Below are positions 10,304 to 19,755 of a stretch of 64,000 nucleotides of DNA, one piece after another. Origin of the DNA: Deltaproteobacteria bacterium (GTDB taxonomy: Bacteria > Myxococcota > Kuafuiibacteriia > Kuafuiibacteriales > Kuafuiibacteriaceae); NCBI GenBank assembly GCA_040218735.1, contig JAVJQW010000017.1:352001-416000 (forward strand), given 5' to 3'. A program made the position numbers and the translations under genes. The notes under the pieces were generated by a model. That model did not search any database. It saw only the letters and a program-made list of their open reading frames with translations, and was not told the origin of the DNA. Numbering within the stretch: the first letter of the stretch is position 1; every line of letters starts with the position of its first letter.

Positions 10304-10951
10304 ATGCCTGCATCTCGCGTTGCCGCGCGAGCCCTCGCCACATCGGCGTTGGCTCTGGCCGCGGCCTGGTCGAGCCCCGCTTCCGCGACCGTCGTGAAGG
10401 CGATGAGCCTCATGGACAAAGCCCAAGAGGCGCCCGTCATCTTGCACGCGGTCGTCCAGGGTACCGAGACCCGATGGATGGTCCCGGGCGCACGCGTCGA
10501 GACCGTCGTGACCTTGGAGGTCATCGAGTCGATCAAGGGCGGCTTCACGCGAGGTGAGCGCGTCACCTTCCGCCGCGGCGGCGGGCGCATCGGCGACTTC
10601 GAGCAGACGGCCCCTGGCCTGTCGCAGTACGAGGCCGGCGAAGAGGTCATCATGTTCCTCGAACCCTTCGGCGCGACGCTCGTCGCGATCGGGATCGGCA
10701 TCGGCAAGTACGAGGTGGAGCAGCGCCAGAACGGACGGTTCGTGGAGCACCACCCGGACGTCGCCGTCCTGAGGTACCACGGCGACAAGGCTTCTCCCGA
10801 CGACATCCAGCCGCACGAGGCGATGACCCCCGAGCCCCTCCCCGACTTCCTGAAACGTTTGCGCAGCTACGTCCGTGGCTTCGGCGTGAAGAAGGTCGCC
10901 GAACCCGGCGCCGTGTTCGAGAAGCGCCCCGCGCTGAAGAAGGCCAACTGA
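10304..10951 (+). CDS. Secreted hypothetical protein (family typically found upstream of or fused to matrixin proteases)
   Basis: Signal peptide ending PASA; AMSLMDKAQEAPVILHAVV, ETVVTLEVIESIKG, GGRIG and GEEVIMFL motifs. Confidence 0.75.
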   Translation: MPASRVAARALATSALALAAAWSSPASATVVKAMSLMDKAQEAPVILHAVVQGTETRWMVPGARVETVVTLEVIESIKGGFTRGERVTFRRGGGRIGDFEQTAPGLSQYEAGEEVIMFLEPFGATLVAIGIGIGKYEVEQRQNGRFVEHHPDVAVLRYHGDKASPDDIQPHEAMTPEPLPDFLKRLRSYVRGFGVKKVAEPGAVFEKRPALKKAN

Positions 10952-10952
10952 C

Positions 10953-12812
10953 ATGCCCGGTCTCGCTGCAGTCACCACCGCGACGCTCCTCACCACGATC
11001 GGCTGGCTCCCGACCGGCCTGCGCTGGCGCACGAGCGATCAGCCCGTCCCGTTCTGCATCTCCGCGAACGCGACGAGCACGAACGTCAACGCCACCGCGC
11101 AGCAGAACGCGGTGCTCCAGGGCATCGGCGTCTGGGTCAGCACCGCCGGCGGCGGCTCGCTGTCCTGCTCGACGTACACCGTGCAGACGTCGAATCAGTG
11201 CTCGGTCGGCGTGAACACGAGCGACCAGAACCCGAACATCTTCTGGGAGAGCAACTGGTCGAACGGCAGCGGCACCATCGGCGTGACGTGGTCGACCGGC
11301 TACGGCCAGCCCGGCGGCCCGTGCGGCTCCGTCTCGGACGACACCGGCTCGAACCACAACCTGTCCTGCAAGTACGACTCGGACATCGAGTTCAACGACG
11401 TGCACTACACCTGGCGCACGAACGGCAGCAGCACCGACATCGCGTCGATCGCCGCGCACGAGTACGGGCACTTCATCGGCCTCGACCACTGCAACGTCAA
11501 CGGCACCTGCACGTTCGGCAACGCGGTGATGTTCGCGTCGTACGGCGGCGGCGCAGTCCGCACGCCCTACGCGGACGACGTCCAGGGCGCGTGCGCGCTG
11601 TACCCCGGGACGCAGGGCGGCATCGGTTGGCCCTGCACGTCGAACAACCAGTGCAACAGCAACGTCTGCGTCGACCCCGGCGCGAACGGGTACTGCTCGC
11701 AGACCTGCGGCACGTGCCCGACCGGCTACGTCTGCGGCAACGCCGCGTTCCCCGGCGTGTGTGTCCGCGACGACGGCACCAACCGCGGCACCTGCGAGAC
11801 CTGCCAAGGCATCCCGAACGCGTGCGCCAACGGCGGCATCTGCGTGGGCGGCATCCCGGAGGCCAACGGCGGGCGCTGCATCGCGCCGTGCGGCGCCGGC
11901 GGTACGTGTGACCCGCTGTTCCGCTGCGTCACGTACACCGACGGTAACAACCAGGTGATCGGCGACTTCTGCTACCCGCGCTCCAGCGACTGCACCGACC
12001 TGAACAACATCATGGAGCTGGGCATCGGGCAGCGCTGCGCGAACGACACGCCGCCGTGCGCCGACCCGCTCACCTGCATCTCCGCGGGCGGCGACGGTAT
12101 CTGCTCCCAAGAATGCACCGGCCCCGGGCAGTGCCCGAACGGGTTCGCGTGTGAGCTGTTCGACGTCAACGACGGGTGGTGCCTCCCGGCCGTGTACGAG
12201 GGTGACAGCTGCGAGGATCTGTTCGTGTCCTGCGCGGACGGGTACTGCTTGCGCAACCCGGCCGACCAGCGGCTCACCTGTTACAAGGACTGCGAGAACA
12301 TGGCCGGCGCGTGCAACAACGCGCAGGTCTGTCGCCTCGTGAACCTCTCCGGCGGCGGCGCGATCGAGGTCTGCGACCCGCCGGGCGTCCCGCCCAACCC
12401 GCGCGACGCGGGTGTGACCCCGCAGCGCGACGGCGGTTCGACGAACCCGAACCGGGACGGTGGAACCACCAACCCCAACCGCGACGCGGGCATGTCGGTG
12501 ATGCCGACCCGCGACGGGGGCGTGGGCAACACGCCGCGGGACGCCGGGGTCATCAGCACCTTCTGCGGGTGCGACTTCACGTACTCGTGCGACCCCGACC
12601 AGATCAACGGCGGGGACTGCCAGTGCGACCCGGAGTGCATCTGCCTGTGCGACGAGACCTATTCCTGCGACCCGGGCTGCGACAACTGCGACCCCGAGTG
12701 TGCAGCCCGGTGCGCGTGCCAGTCGGTACCGACGGGGGGCGCGACGGCGGCCTCCCTGGCCCTCTTGGCGCTCCTCGGGGGATTGCTCGCCCTCCGACGA
12801 CGAAGTTGCTAG
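10953..12812 (+). CDS. Matrixin (M10/metzincin) metalloprotease with Cys-rich repeats and MYXO-CTERM tail
   Basis: HEYGHFIGLDH, Met-turn AVM, DDVQGACALYP; Cys-rich region; CAC + TM + RRR tail. Confidence 0.9.
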   Translation: MPGLAAVTTATLLTTIGWLPTGLRWRTSDQPVPFCISANATSTNVNATAQQNAVLQGIGVWVSTAGGGSLSCSTYTVQTSNQCSVGVNTSDQNPNIFWESNWSNGSGTIGVTWSTGYGQPGGPCGSVSDDTGSNHNLSCKYDSDIEFNDVHYTWRTNGSSTDIASIAAHEYGHFIGLDHCNVNGTCTFGNAVMFASYGGGAVRTPYADDVQGACALYPGTQGGIGWPCTSNNQCNSNVCVDPGANGYCSQTCGTCPTGYVCGNAAFPGVCVRDDGTNRGTCETCQGIPNACANGGICVGGIPEANGGRCIAPCGAGGTCDPLFRCVTYTDGNNQVIGDFCYPRSSDCTDLNNIMELGIGQRCANDTPPCADPLTCISAGGDGICSQECTGPGQCPNGFACELFDVNDGWCLPAVYEGDSCEDLFVSCADGYCLRNPADQRLTCYKDCENMAGACNNAQVCRLVNLSGGGAIEVCDPPGVPPNPRDAGVTPQRDGGSTNPNRDGGTTNPNRDAGMSVMPTRDGGVGNTPRDAGVISTFCGCDFTYSCDPDQINGGDCQCDPECICLCDETYSCDPGCDNCDPECAARCACQSVPTGGATAASLALLALLGGLLALRRRSC

Positions 12813-12840
12813 ATTCGCTGGCGTGTCCTCGCCGGCGGAG

Positions 12841-14196
12841 ATGCCGCATGCAGACGAGGCGCTGAAAGCTCTCGTCGCCCGCTTCAAGGAGGCGCCGGGC
12901 TCGTCTGCGTGTACGGAGCTGGCCTCTGCGCTGCTGGCGCGGGGGCATGCGTCCGAAGCGCTCCGCGTCGCGGAGCACGGGCTCCAACTCGTCCCCGGAC
13001 AGGTGGACGGTCGCGTCGAGCGCGCGGCTGCGCTCCTCGCGTTGGGGCGGCCGCGCGTCGCGTACGTCGAGCTCCGTCGTGCGCTCGCGATCGATCCCAC
13101 CCACCGCCGCGGGATGCGGCTCCTCGGCAAGGCGTACCGCGACGCGGGCGCGCCGGGGCGGGCCGCCGCGCTCCTCGCGAAGCGGTCGATGGACCCGGAC
13201 TACGAAGCGCCGCCTCCGCCCAAGCCGACCAAGAAGAAGAAGAAGGAGCAGTGGCGTCAGCGTCCGGCGATCGACAACGATCCGACGGTGCCGGTGTCGC
13301 CTTCGGACGGCGCGATCCCCGAGCTGTTCTCCGCGCTGACGAAGGACCTCGGGCTCGGCGCGGCGGTGCCCGAGACGACGGCGCCGCGGCGGGTCGAGGT
13401 CACGCAGATCATTCGGCGCAAGGGCCTGCTTCGTCCGCCGCGCTCGGCGAGTGAGCTCGCGGAGATCGACGGTCCGATCGTCGACACCACACAGCCGGGG
13501 CACATCCTCGACTCGGAGATCGACGAGCTCGCGCAGGAGGTCACCACGCGTGAGCCCGCGCCGCTGTTCTCGGCGGGGAGCGGCGCTGGCCTGAACGCCT
13601 TCGCGCTCGACGACGAGCCGCTATTCCAGGAGGACATGCCGTTCGCGGTGCGTCCGGTGGACGGCGCCTCGACGGACATCGAGCCGGTGCTCGACGACGA
13701 CGATCCGGTCGACGCGCCCACGGATCAGATCCAGGCGTTCGACGAAGACCGCGACCGCGCGGCGACGAAGCCCGGCGACACGCTGGTCGACGATCTCGAG
13801 GAAGGCACGGACCCGCTGGAGGCGCTCCAGCCTGCGCCGACGTCCCCGCTCGTGCCCGACGGCGAGCCGAACCCGCGCATCCGTCGGTTCGTCGCGGGGA
13901 AAGAGAAACGTCGGCCCGAGGGCGACGCGCCCGCGTTCGAAGGGGGCGCCCCGGTGGTGGAGCGCCGCGGGCCGAAGCAGCAGCGGCTGGAGATCGTCGA
14001 TCCGCCGGCCAACCGCACGCACCTGCTCCTCGCCGTCGCGTGTGCGATCGCGATGCTCGTCTACTTCGTCGGCCTCGGATTCTATCTGCAGGACGGCATC
14101 CGGCCGTGGTTCGGCGGCGCAGCGGACAAGGGACGAACCGAAGCCCCTGCGCGCGTTGACGACGAGCCGGCGAAGAGCGCGCGCGTCGCGCCCTGA
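12841..14196 (+). CDS. N-terminal TPR protein with acidic disordered linker and C-terminal TM helix
   Basis: TPR-like helices ([23 protein letters not shown]); [24 protein letters not shown]. Confidence 0.75.
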   Translation: MPHADEALKALVARFKEAPGSSACTELASALLARGHASEALRVAEHGLQLVPGQVDGRVERAAALLALGRPRVAYVELRRALAIDPTHRRGMRLLGKAYRDAGAPGRAAALLAKRSMDPDYEAPPPPKPTKKKKKEQWRQRPAIDNDPTVPVSPSDGAIPELFSALTKDLGLGAAVPETTAPRRVEVTQIIRRKGLLRPPRSASELAEIDGPIVDTTQPGHILDSEIDELAQEVTTREPAPLFSAGSGAGLNAFALDDEPLFQEDMPFAVRPVDGASTDIEPVLDDDDPVDAPTDQIQAFDEDRDRAATKPGDTLVDDLEEGTDPLEALQPAPTSPLVPDGEPNPRIRRFVAGKEKRRPEGDAPAFEGGAPVVERRGPKQQRLEIVDPPANRTHLLLAVACAIAMLVYFVGLGFYLQDGIRPWFGGAADKGRTEAPARVDDEPAKSARVAP

Positions 14197-14209
14197 CGCC
14201 AATCAGACC

Positions 14210-15418
14210 GTGGGCATCATCGTTCAGAAGTACGGCGGCAGCAGCGTCGCCACCACCGAGAAGATCCGCGCGATCGCGGAGCGCGTCGTCGAGACGAAGC
14301 GCGAGGGGCACGAGGTCGTCGTCGTCGTCTCCGCGATGGGCGACGCCACCGACGAGCTCCTCGCGAAAGCGCACGAGGTCGCCGCGGCGCCCGACCGGCG
14401 GGAGCTCGACATGTTGCTCTCCGTCGGCGAGCGGATCTCGATGGCGCTGCTCGCGATGGCGATCCGCGAGCGCGGCGCCGAGGCGGTGTCGCTCACCGGG
14501 AGCCAGTCCGGGATCATCACCACCGCGAGCCACACCAACGCGCGCATCATGGAGGTGCGTCCGTTCCGCGTGCAGGACGAGCTCGACGCGGGGCGCGTGG
14601 TGATCGTCGCGGGGTACCAGGGCGTCAGCTACAAACGCGACATCACGACGCTCGGGCGCGGCGGTTCGGACACCACCGCCGTCGCGCTGGCCGCGGCGCT
14701 GGAGGCCGAGGCGTGTGAGATCTACTCGGACGTCGACGGCGTCTTCACGGCGGACCCGCGGGTGGCGCCGAACGCGTCGAACCTCCCCGAGATCGGGTAC
14801 GCCGAGATGCAGGAGCTCGCGGAGGCCGGCGCCAAGGTGCTGTGCGCGCAGGCCGTCGAATTCGCGAAGCGGAAGAACATCGCGATCTACGCCCGAAAGA
14901 CCGGGGCAAAGACGCCGGGCACCGTCGTGCGGACGAACGCCCCCTCGGCGCCGAACGGCGTGCGGGGGGTAGCGCACGAACGTCAGGTGGCGGCGATTGC
15001 GGCCGAGACCACGCTCCCGGTCGTCCGTACTTTTGTGCGGGCGGTCGACGACCTCGGCGTCGGGCTGAAGCAGCAGACCCTCACGCTGCACGGCGAGCGC
15101 GCGTCGTTCTCGGCCGTGGTGTCGATGGACGAATACGGGCCGGGGCTGGTGTCGCGGATCGCGGAGCACTTCGGGTCCGAGGCGGTGCGGCTGGACTGCG
15201 GAGCGGTGTCGTTGGTCGGCGAGGGGATCATGCAGACGCAAGACGTCCTGCTGCGTGCGCTCGGCGTGCTCGACGCGCTTGGGGCCGAGGTCGCAGGAAT
15301 GTCGACATCGTCGTTCCGGCTGACGTTGCTGGTGGCCTCGGAGCACGTGACCGAGGTGGTGGGCGCGCTGCACGAAGCGCTCGTCCGTGGTGGGCGCGCC
15401 GTGGCGGTGATCGGCTGA
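14210..15418 (+). CDS. lysC: Aspartate kinase
   Basis: [35 protein letters not shown] and [11 protein letters not shown] motifs; divergent C-terminal ACT region. Confidence 0.95.
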   Translation: MGIIVQKYGGSSVATTEKIRAIAERVVETKREGHEVVVVVSAMGDATDELLAKAHEVAAAPDRRELDMLLSVGERISMALLAMAIRERGAEAVSLTGSQSGIITTASHTNARIMEVRPFRVQDELDAGRVVIVAGYQGVSYKRDITTLGRGGSDTTAVALAAALEAEACEIYSDVDGVFTADPRVAPNASNLPEIGYAEMQELAEAGAKVLCAQAVEFAKRKNIAIYARKTGAKTPGTVVRTNAPSAPNGVRGVAHERQVAAIAAETTLPVVRTFVRAVDDLGVGLKQQTLTLHGERASFSAVVSMDEYGPGLVSRIAEHFGSEAVRLDCGAVSLVGEGIMQTQDVLLRALGVLDALGAEVAGMSTSSFRLTLLVASEHVTEVVGALHEALVRGGRAVAVIG

Positions 15419-15419
15419 C

Positions 15420-15521
15420 GGACGGATGCCGGACGGCGGACCGTGCGTGCGGCTGGACTTCAGGAGCAAAAGGGGCGATGCAGGGGGTCGTTTTTCGGCT
15501 TCCAGGAGGTAGCCCCCTCAA
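15420..15521 (+). promoter_or_regulatory. GGA-rich leader with an SD-enclosing hairpin upstream of csrA (putative CsrA-binding region)
   Basis: Seven GGA motifs (15420, 15424, 15431, 15438, 15455, 15463, 15505); AGGGGG 15482-15487 can pair with CCCCCT 15513-15518 around AGGAGG. Confidence 0.45.
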
Positions 15522-15758
15522 GTGCTCTCCCTCGCGCGACGTCCCGGCCAAAAGATCCGCATCGGCGAAGACATCATCCTGGTGGTTCGTGAGATTCGCG
15601 GCCGGCAGGTGAAGCTCGGCATCGAGGCCCCGCCGCACGTGCGGGTGCTGCGCGAAGAGATCTACGAGGAGATGTGCGCCGCGAACCAGGAGGCTCGTTC
15701 GGGCGGTGACATTCGGGCGGCGCTCACGAAGATTCCGAAGCCGTCCGAAACGAAGTGA
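15522..15758 (+). CDS. csrA: Carbon storage regulator CsrA
   Basis: MLSLARRPGQKIRIGEDI...QVKLGIEAPPHVRVLREEIY. Confidence 0.93.
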   Translation: MLSLARRPGQKIRIGEDIILVVREIRGRQVKLGIEAPPHVRVLREEIYEEMCAANQEARSGGDIRAALTKIPKPSETK

Positions 15759-15768
15759 GGGCGTTGGC

Positions 15769-16227
15769 GTGAAAGTCGAGAACACGCGCTTCGGCTCGCT
15801 CGATATCGCGGACGACAAGATCATTACGTTCCCGGAAGGGCTCCCCGGCTTCGAGGGCAAGCGCTACGCGTTCGTCCACGACGTGGAGCACCCGGTCGTG
15901 CAGTGGCTGCAGTCGATCGACGAGCCCGATGTGGCGTTGATGACGATCGACCCCGTGGACCTCGGTGTCGTCTACGAGCCCAAGCCCAAACCCGGCGAGA
16001 CGCGCCTGATCCGCTCCGGTGACAAGGACGACGAGATCATCTACCGCGTCATCATCCGGGTCCCGGAAGAGCACCCCGATCACCTGTATCTGAACCTGTT
16101 CGCCCCGGTGTACATCAACGTGGATCGGCGCCTGGGGATGCAGGTTCCGCTGGTCGGCAGCGGCTACAACGTTCGGGAGCTGTGGCCCCCCGAGGAGCTG
16201 AGCCAGACCGCTGGTAAGGATCCGTGA
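15769..16227 (+). CDS. fliW: Flagellar assembly factor FliW (CsrA antagonist)
   Basis: TRFG...IITFPEGLPGFE, WLQS and NLFAPVYIN...GMQV motifs; adjacent to csrA. Confidence 0.92.
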   Translation: MKVENTRFGSLDIADDKIITFPEGLPGFEGKRYAFVHDVEHPVVQWLQSIDEPDVALMTIDPVDLGVVYEPKPKPGETRLIRSGDKDDEIIYRVIIRVPEEHPDHLYLNLFAPVYINVDRRLGMQVPLVGSGYNVRELWPPEELSQTAGKDP

Positions 16228-16250
16228 TCGGCTGCTAACTTCGGCGGGCC

Positions 16251-16760
16251 GTGATCGAGCTGTTCACTTTTCTCGAGAAGAACAAGCAGGAGATCATCGA
16301 GGACCTCATGGAGCGTATCCCGGCCACCGTGCCGGCGTACCTCAAGGTCCCGAAGCCCGAGCTCCGCCAGACGCTCGAGCACCTCCTCGAAGCGTACGGT
16401 GACTACCTCGTCACCGGCGAGCCCGACACGCTGACGTCGGTGCTGCGTTACATCACGAAGGTGCGCGCGCAGCAGAGCTTCAAGCTGTCGGACGTCCTGC
16501 GTTCGTTGCTCCTCATCCCGCCGGTGATGCGCGAGCGCCTCCAGGAAGAGTTCCGCGACAACGACTCGGCCGACGCACGCGTGCAGTTCAACGACGCGAT
16601 CGAGAAGTTCGAAGAGACGACCTACAACGCGGTCTGTCTGTTCGTGGACATCTTCCAGGAGTACCTGATGAACATGATGAACGAACATCAGGACTACTTG
16701 AAGAAGACGAACCAGAAGTTCGGCGTCGACCTGTCCAAGTTCATCCTCTTCAAGGGCTGA
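16251..16760 (+). CDS. Stand-alone RsbRD_N-like helical (globin-like) domain protein
   Basis: FLEKNKQEIIE N-terminus and RAQQSFKLSDV motif resemble the RsbR co-antagonist N-terminal domain; no STAS domain. Confidence 0.6.
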   Translation: MIELFTFLEKNKQEIIEDLMERIPATVPAYLKVPKPELRQTLEHLLEAYGDYLVTGEPDTLTSVLRYITKVRAQQSFKLSDVLRSLLLIPPVMRERLQEEFRDNDSADARVQFNDAIEKFEETTYNAVCLFVDIFQEYLMNMMNEHQDYLKKTNQKFGVDLSKFILFKG

Positions 16761-17491
16761 TGACCGGACCCAAACCCAAGCCGACGACCGCCGCGCACCT
16801 CGTGCACGACGCGAACTACCACAAGAGCAAGTGGGAGGGCGGCGATGCGGGCGGCGACGTCGAGGACGACGACTTCTTCTCGGACGAAGGCGGCGCCGAC
16901 TCCGGCTTGTTGCTCCCCAGCGCGAAGGCGCTGGGGCACCCCGCCCTACCGGAGGCCGAGATGCGGCCGCCGGAGTTCCTTCAGCCGCTCGAGGCGATGA
17001 AGGACATCTACATGAAGGTGAAGGGGCGGATGTCCCGGCGCACGCAGGAGCTGATCGAGGGCGTGGACCTCGAGGACATGCTCGACATGCTGCGCGCGCT
17101 CTTCAAGGACGAAAAACTCGTGCGTAGCGGCGAGGCGCGGCTCATCGGGAAGGTGCAGGCGCTGCTGAAAGAAGACCCGGGGCCGCTGCTCCTGGGGCTG
17201 CACGACCCGCGGCTCACCGAGCTGTGGCGGTTGTTCCTCGACGACTGGGACATCTGGGTGCCGGGCGCCGAGAACGGGACCGCTGAAGACGAGGAAGGCG
17301 TCGAGCTGTTCTGGGAGGGCGAGGCGGAGGACGACGACGGCGAAGTCATCGAGATGATGCAGGCGCTCGCGTTCAAACACGGCGAGATCAGCCTCCACGT
17401 GAAGCTCGGTGACATCGAGGACCGCGTCGTCTTCGACGGCGAGACGTTCTACCGACTGAAGTCGGACAAGCAGGAGGACGCCCGCCCGTGA
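16760..17491 (+). CDS. Acidic hypothetical protein
   Basis: Good codon bias; coupled to neighbours by TGATG and GTGA overlaps. Confidence 0.7.
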   Translation: MTGPKPKPTTAAHLVHDANYHKSKWEGGDAGGDVEDDDFFSDEGGADSGLLLPSAKALGHPALPEAEMRPPEFLQPLEAMKDIYMKVKGRMSRRTQELIEGVDLEDMLDMLRALFKDEKLVRSGEARLIGKVQALLKEDPGPLLLGLHDPRLTELWRLFLDDWDIWVPGAENGTAEDEEGVELFWEGEAEDDDGEVIEMMQALAFKHGEISLHVKLGDIEDRVVFDGETFYRLKSDKQEDARP

Positions 17492-19755
17492 GCTGCCCCG
17501 CCTGCGGAAGCCCGACGAAGGACACCGACTGGATCTGCGCGTTCTGCGACCACATCCTCGATCCTTCGGTGCTCGACGAGACGGCGACCGGCGACCTCGA
17601 CGACGCCGGGCGTGAGGAGCGCACGCACGTGATCGCGTGGGACGATCACAAGAACAGCCAACAGATGCCGGAGGCGGTGATGCTCGGCGACGTCAGCGTC
17701 GCGGAGCAGGAGTTCGGCGTGATGCACGGCGCCGGCTCGGACGACAAAGGCGGGACGTCGACGTTCCTGTATTACACGTCCGGCTCCACGACGCGGGTCA
17801 TCCACCCGGACGCGATCCCGCGCAAGGCGAAGGCGGACGCGACGATCCCGCGGACGCCGTACGAAGACTTCATCCTCTCCTGCATCGACGGTCAGCGATC
17901 GGTCCGCGCGATTCAGCGTGCGTCGGGGCTCGCGCCGCAGGAGGTCGTGGTCACGCTGCTCACCCTGCTCGACAAGGGCGCGGTGGAGATCGAGACGTCG
18001 GACGGGAGCGCCGGTTCCTCGGATCTGGATCCGCCGAAGCCTCGCCCCCGCTCCCGACGGGTGACGCCGCAGCCGAGCTCCCCCGGGCGTCCGCGGAGAC
18101 GTTCACGCGCGGCGCGAGGGAACAGCGACGCGACGGAGATGATGCCGAAGAGCGCGCCCGTCGCGCAGCCGCGCGCGCAGTCGCTGCCGGAGGACTTCGA
18201 GGACCTGCCGAGCGTCTCCGACTTCGAGGAGATCGTCGACGAGCTCGAAGCGCGCGAGACCACGCGCCGGGCGAGCTCGATGTCGGACGTCTGGGCTTCC
18301 ACCAACTCCGCGGTGAAGGTCGTGGAGCCCACGCCGCTCGAAGAGGACGCGGCGGAGGAGGTCACCAAGGCCGTCCAGATCCCGGAGAAACCGAAGAAGC
18401 GGAAGAAGTCGAAGAAGAAGGGGCGCGCGAAGAGCAGCAAGGCCGCGAAGAAGGCGCGCCGTACCTCGAAGCGCGGGACGAGCACGACGCCACCGCTCGC
18501 GTCGGGGCCGATCCCGAAGGTGCCGCCGCCGGTGCCGGAGGCGTCCAAGGTCAAACGACGCGCGCCGCCGCCCGTGCCGGATCCGTCGGAGATCATACGA
18601 CGCGCGCCGCCGCCCGTGCCGGATCCGTCGGAGGTCAAACGCCGCGCGCCGCCGCCCGTGCCGGATCCTTCCGAGGTCAAACGTCGCGGGCCGCCGCCCG
18701 TACCGGACCCTTCGGAGGTGAGTCCGCGGTTGTCGTCGTCGCGCGATGCGCTCGTGAACCCGCGGCAGACCACGGAGGAAGAGCTCGAAAACGCATTGCT
18801 CGCGCCGACGCCGCCGCCGTTGGTGATCCCGGCCGACGACCCGACGCCGCCGCCGCGTCCGCGCGTCGCGAGTGTGAAGCCGATCCCCTTGGACCCGTCG
18901 TTCCTCGTCGAGGTGCCGCCGTCCGGCACCGGCCCGCTCCCGCAGGGCCGCGCGATCGACGACGACGACGACGACGAGTCCCCGGTCATCGCGCCGCTGG
19001 GAGCGCCGGCGCGCAAGGCGTCGGACGCGGAGGACATCAAGGAGAAGCGCAAACGTGCGCTCGCCGCCGCGGTGAAGCGGGGGCCCATTCAAGAGCGCGT
19101 GCGCGGTCGCGACGGCAAGCCATCTCGCGCGAAGAAGGAAGAAGCCCCCGCGTCGGCGCCGGCGGCTGCTCCCGTCGCGGCGCCGGCCGACGAGCCCGCC
19201 GCGCCCCCGGCGGAGCGCCCGGAGATCGACAACGCGCGCATGGTCAAAGCGCAGAAGCTCTTCGATCAGGCGCTGGTCGACAAAGCCGACGGCAACCTGG
19301 TGTCGGCGCGCATGAACATGAAGCTCGCGCTGACCTTCGACCCGACGAACGAGCTGTACACGCAGGCGTTCGAGGACCTGTCGAAGAACCCGGACGCAGT
19401 GCCGGGCGGGACACCGGCCGGGCGCTCTCGCGCGCGCGAGCTCTACGACGAAGCGACCGAGGCCGAGAACCACGGCAACGTCGACCGGGCGATCGAGCTG
19501 CTCGAGAAGGCGCTCGCGGAGTCGAAGCAGGCGCCGTTCTACAACCGGCTCGGCGTCATCCTCGCCACGAAGAAGGGTGAGTACGTTCGTGCGCAAAAAC
19601 TGATCGAGCAGGCGTTGGAGCTCGCGCCGGGAAACACGCTCTACGAGAAGAACCTGTCGAAGGTGCTGTCTAAGGCGGCGACCGCCGGGATGAAGAGCGA
19701 GCGGGCGGGCGAGAAGAAGGGCGGCTTGCTCGGCTTCCTCGGGCGACGCAAGTGA
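17488..19755 (+). CDS. Zn-ribbon + winged-helix-like + Pro-rich repeat + TPR protein
   Basis: CPAC...CAFC; IDGQRSVRAIQRASGL (DUF4388/wHTH-like); Pro-rich middle; C-terminal TPRs (YNRLGVILA...LIEQALELAPGN). Confidence 0.75.
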   Translation: MSCPACGSPTKDTDWICAFCDHILDPSVLDETATGDLDDAGREERTHVIAWDDHKNSQQMPEAVMLGDVSVAEQEFGVMHGAGSDDKGGTSTFLYYTSGSTTRVIHPDAIPRKAKADATIPRTPYEDFILSCIDGQRSVRAIQRASGLAPQEVVVTLLTLLDKGAVEIETSDGSAGSSDLDPPKPRPRSRRVTPQPSSPGRPRRRSRAARGNSDATEMMPKSAPVAQPRAQSLPEDFEDLPSVSDFEEIVDELEARETTRRASSMSDVWASTNSAVKVVEPTPLEEDAAEEVTKAVQIPEKPKKRKKSKKKGRAKSSKAAKKARRTSKRGTSTTPPLASGPIPKVPPPVPEASKVKRRAPPPVPDPSEIIRRAPPPVPDPSEVKRRAPPPVPDPSEVKRRGPPPVPDPSEVSPRLSSSRDALVNPRQTTEEELENALLAPTPPPLVIPADDPTPPPRPRVASVKPIPLDPSFLVEVPPSGTGPLPQGRAIDDDDDDESPVIAPLGAPARKASDAEDIKEKRKRALAAAVKRGPIQERVRGRDGKPSRAKKEEAPASAPAAAPVAAPADEPAAPPAERPEIDNARMVKAQKLFDQALVDKADGNLVSARMNMKLALTFDPTNELYTQAFEDLSKNPDAVPGGTPAGRSRARELYDEATEAENHGNVDRAIELLEKALAESKQAPFYNRLGVILATKKGEYVRAQKLIEQALELAPGNTLYEKNLSKVLSKAATAGMKSERAGEKKGGLLGFLGRRK
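18523..18720 (+). repeat. 42-bp coding tandem repeat (RRAPPPVPDPSEVK x4 plus one degenerate copy)
   Basis: Units start at 18556, 18598, 18640 and 18682. Confidence 0.9.

Noticed and set aside
10133-11032. N-terminal extension of the 7898-11032 ORF
   Set aside because: Overlaps the plus-strand gene 10304-10951; the signal/lipobox begins at 10132
18523-18720. Possible CRISPR array
   Set aside because: Contiguous in-frame 42-bp repeats without unique spacers; no cas genes
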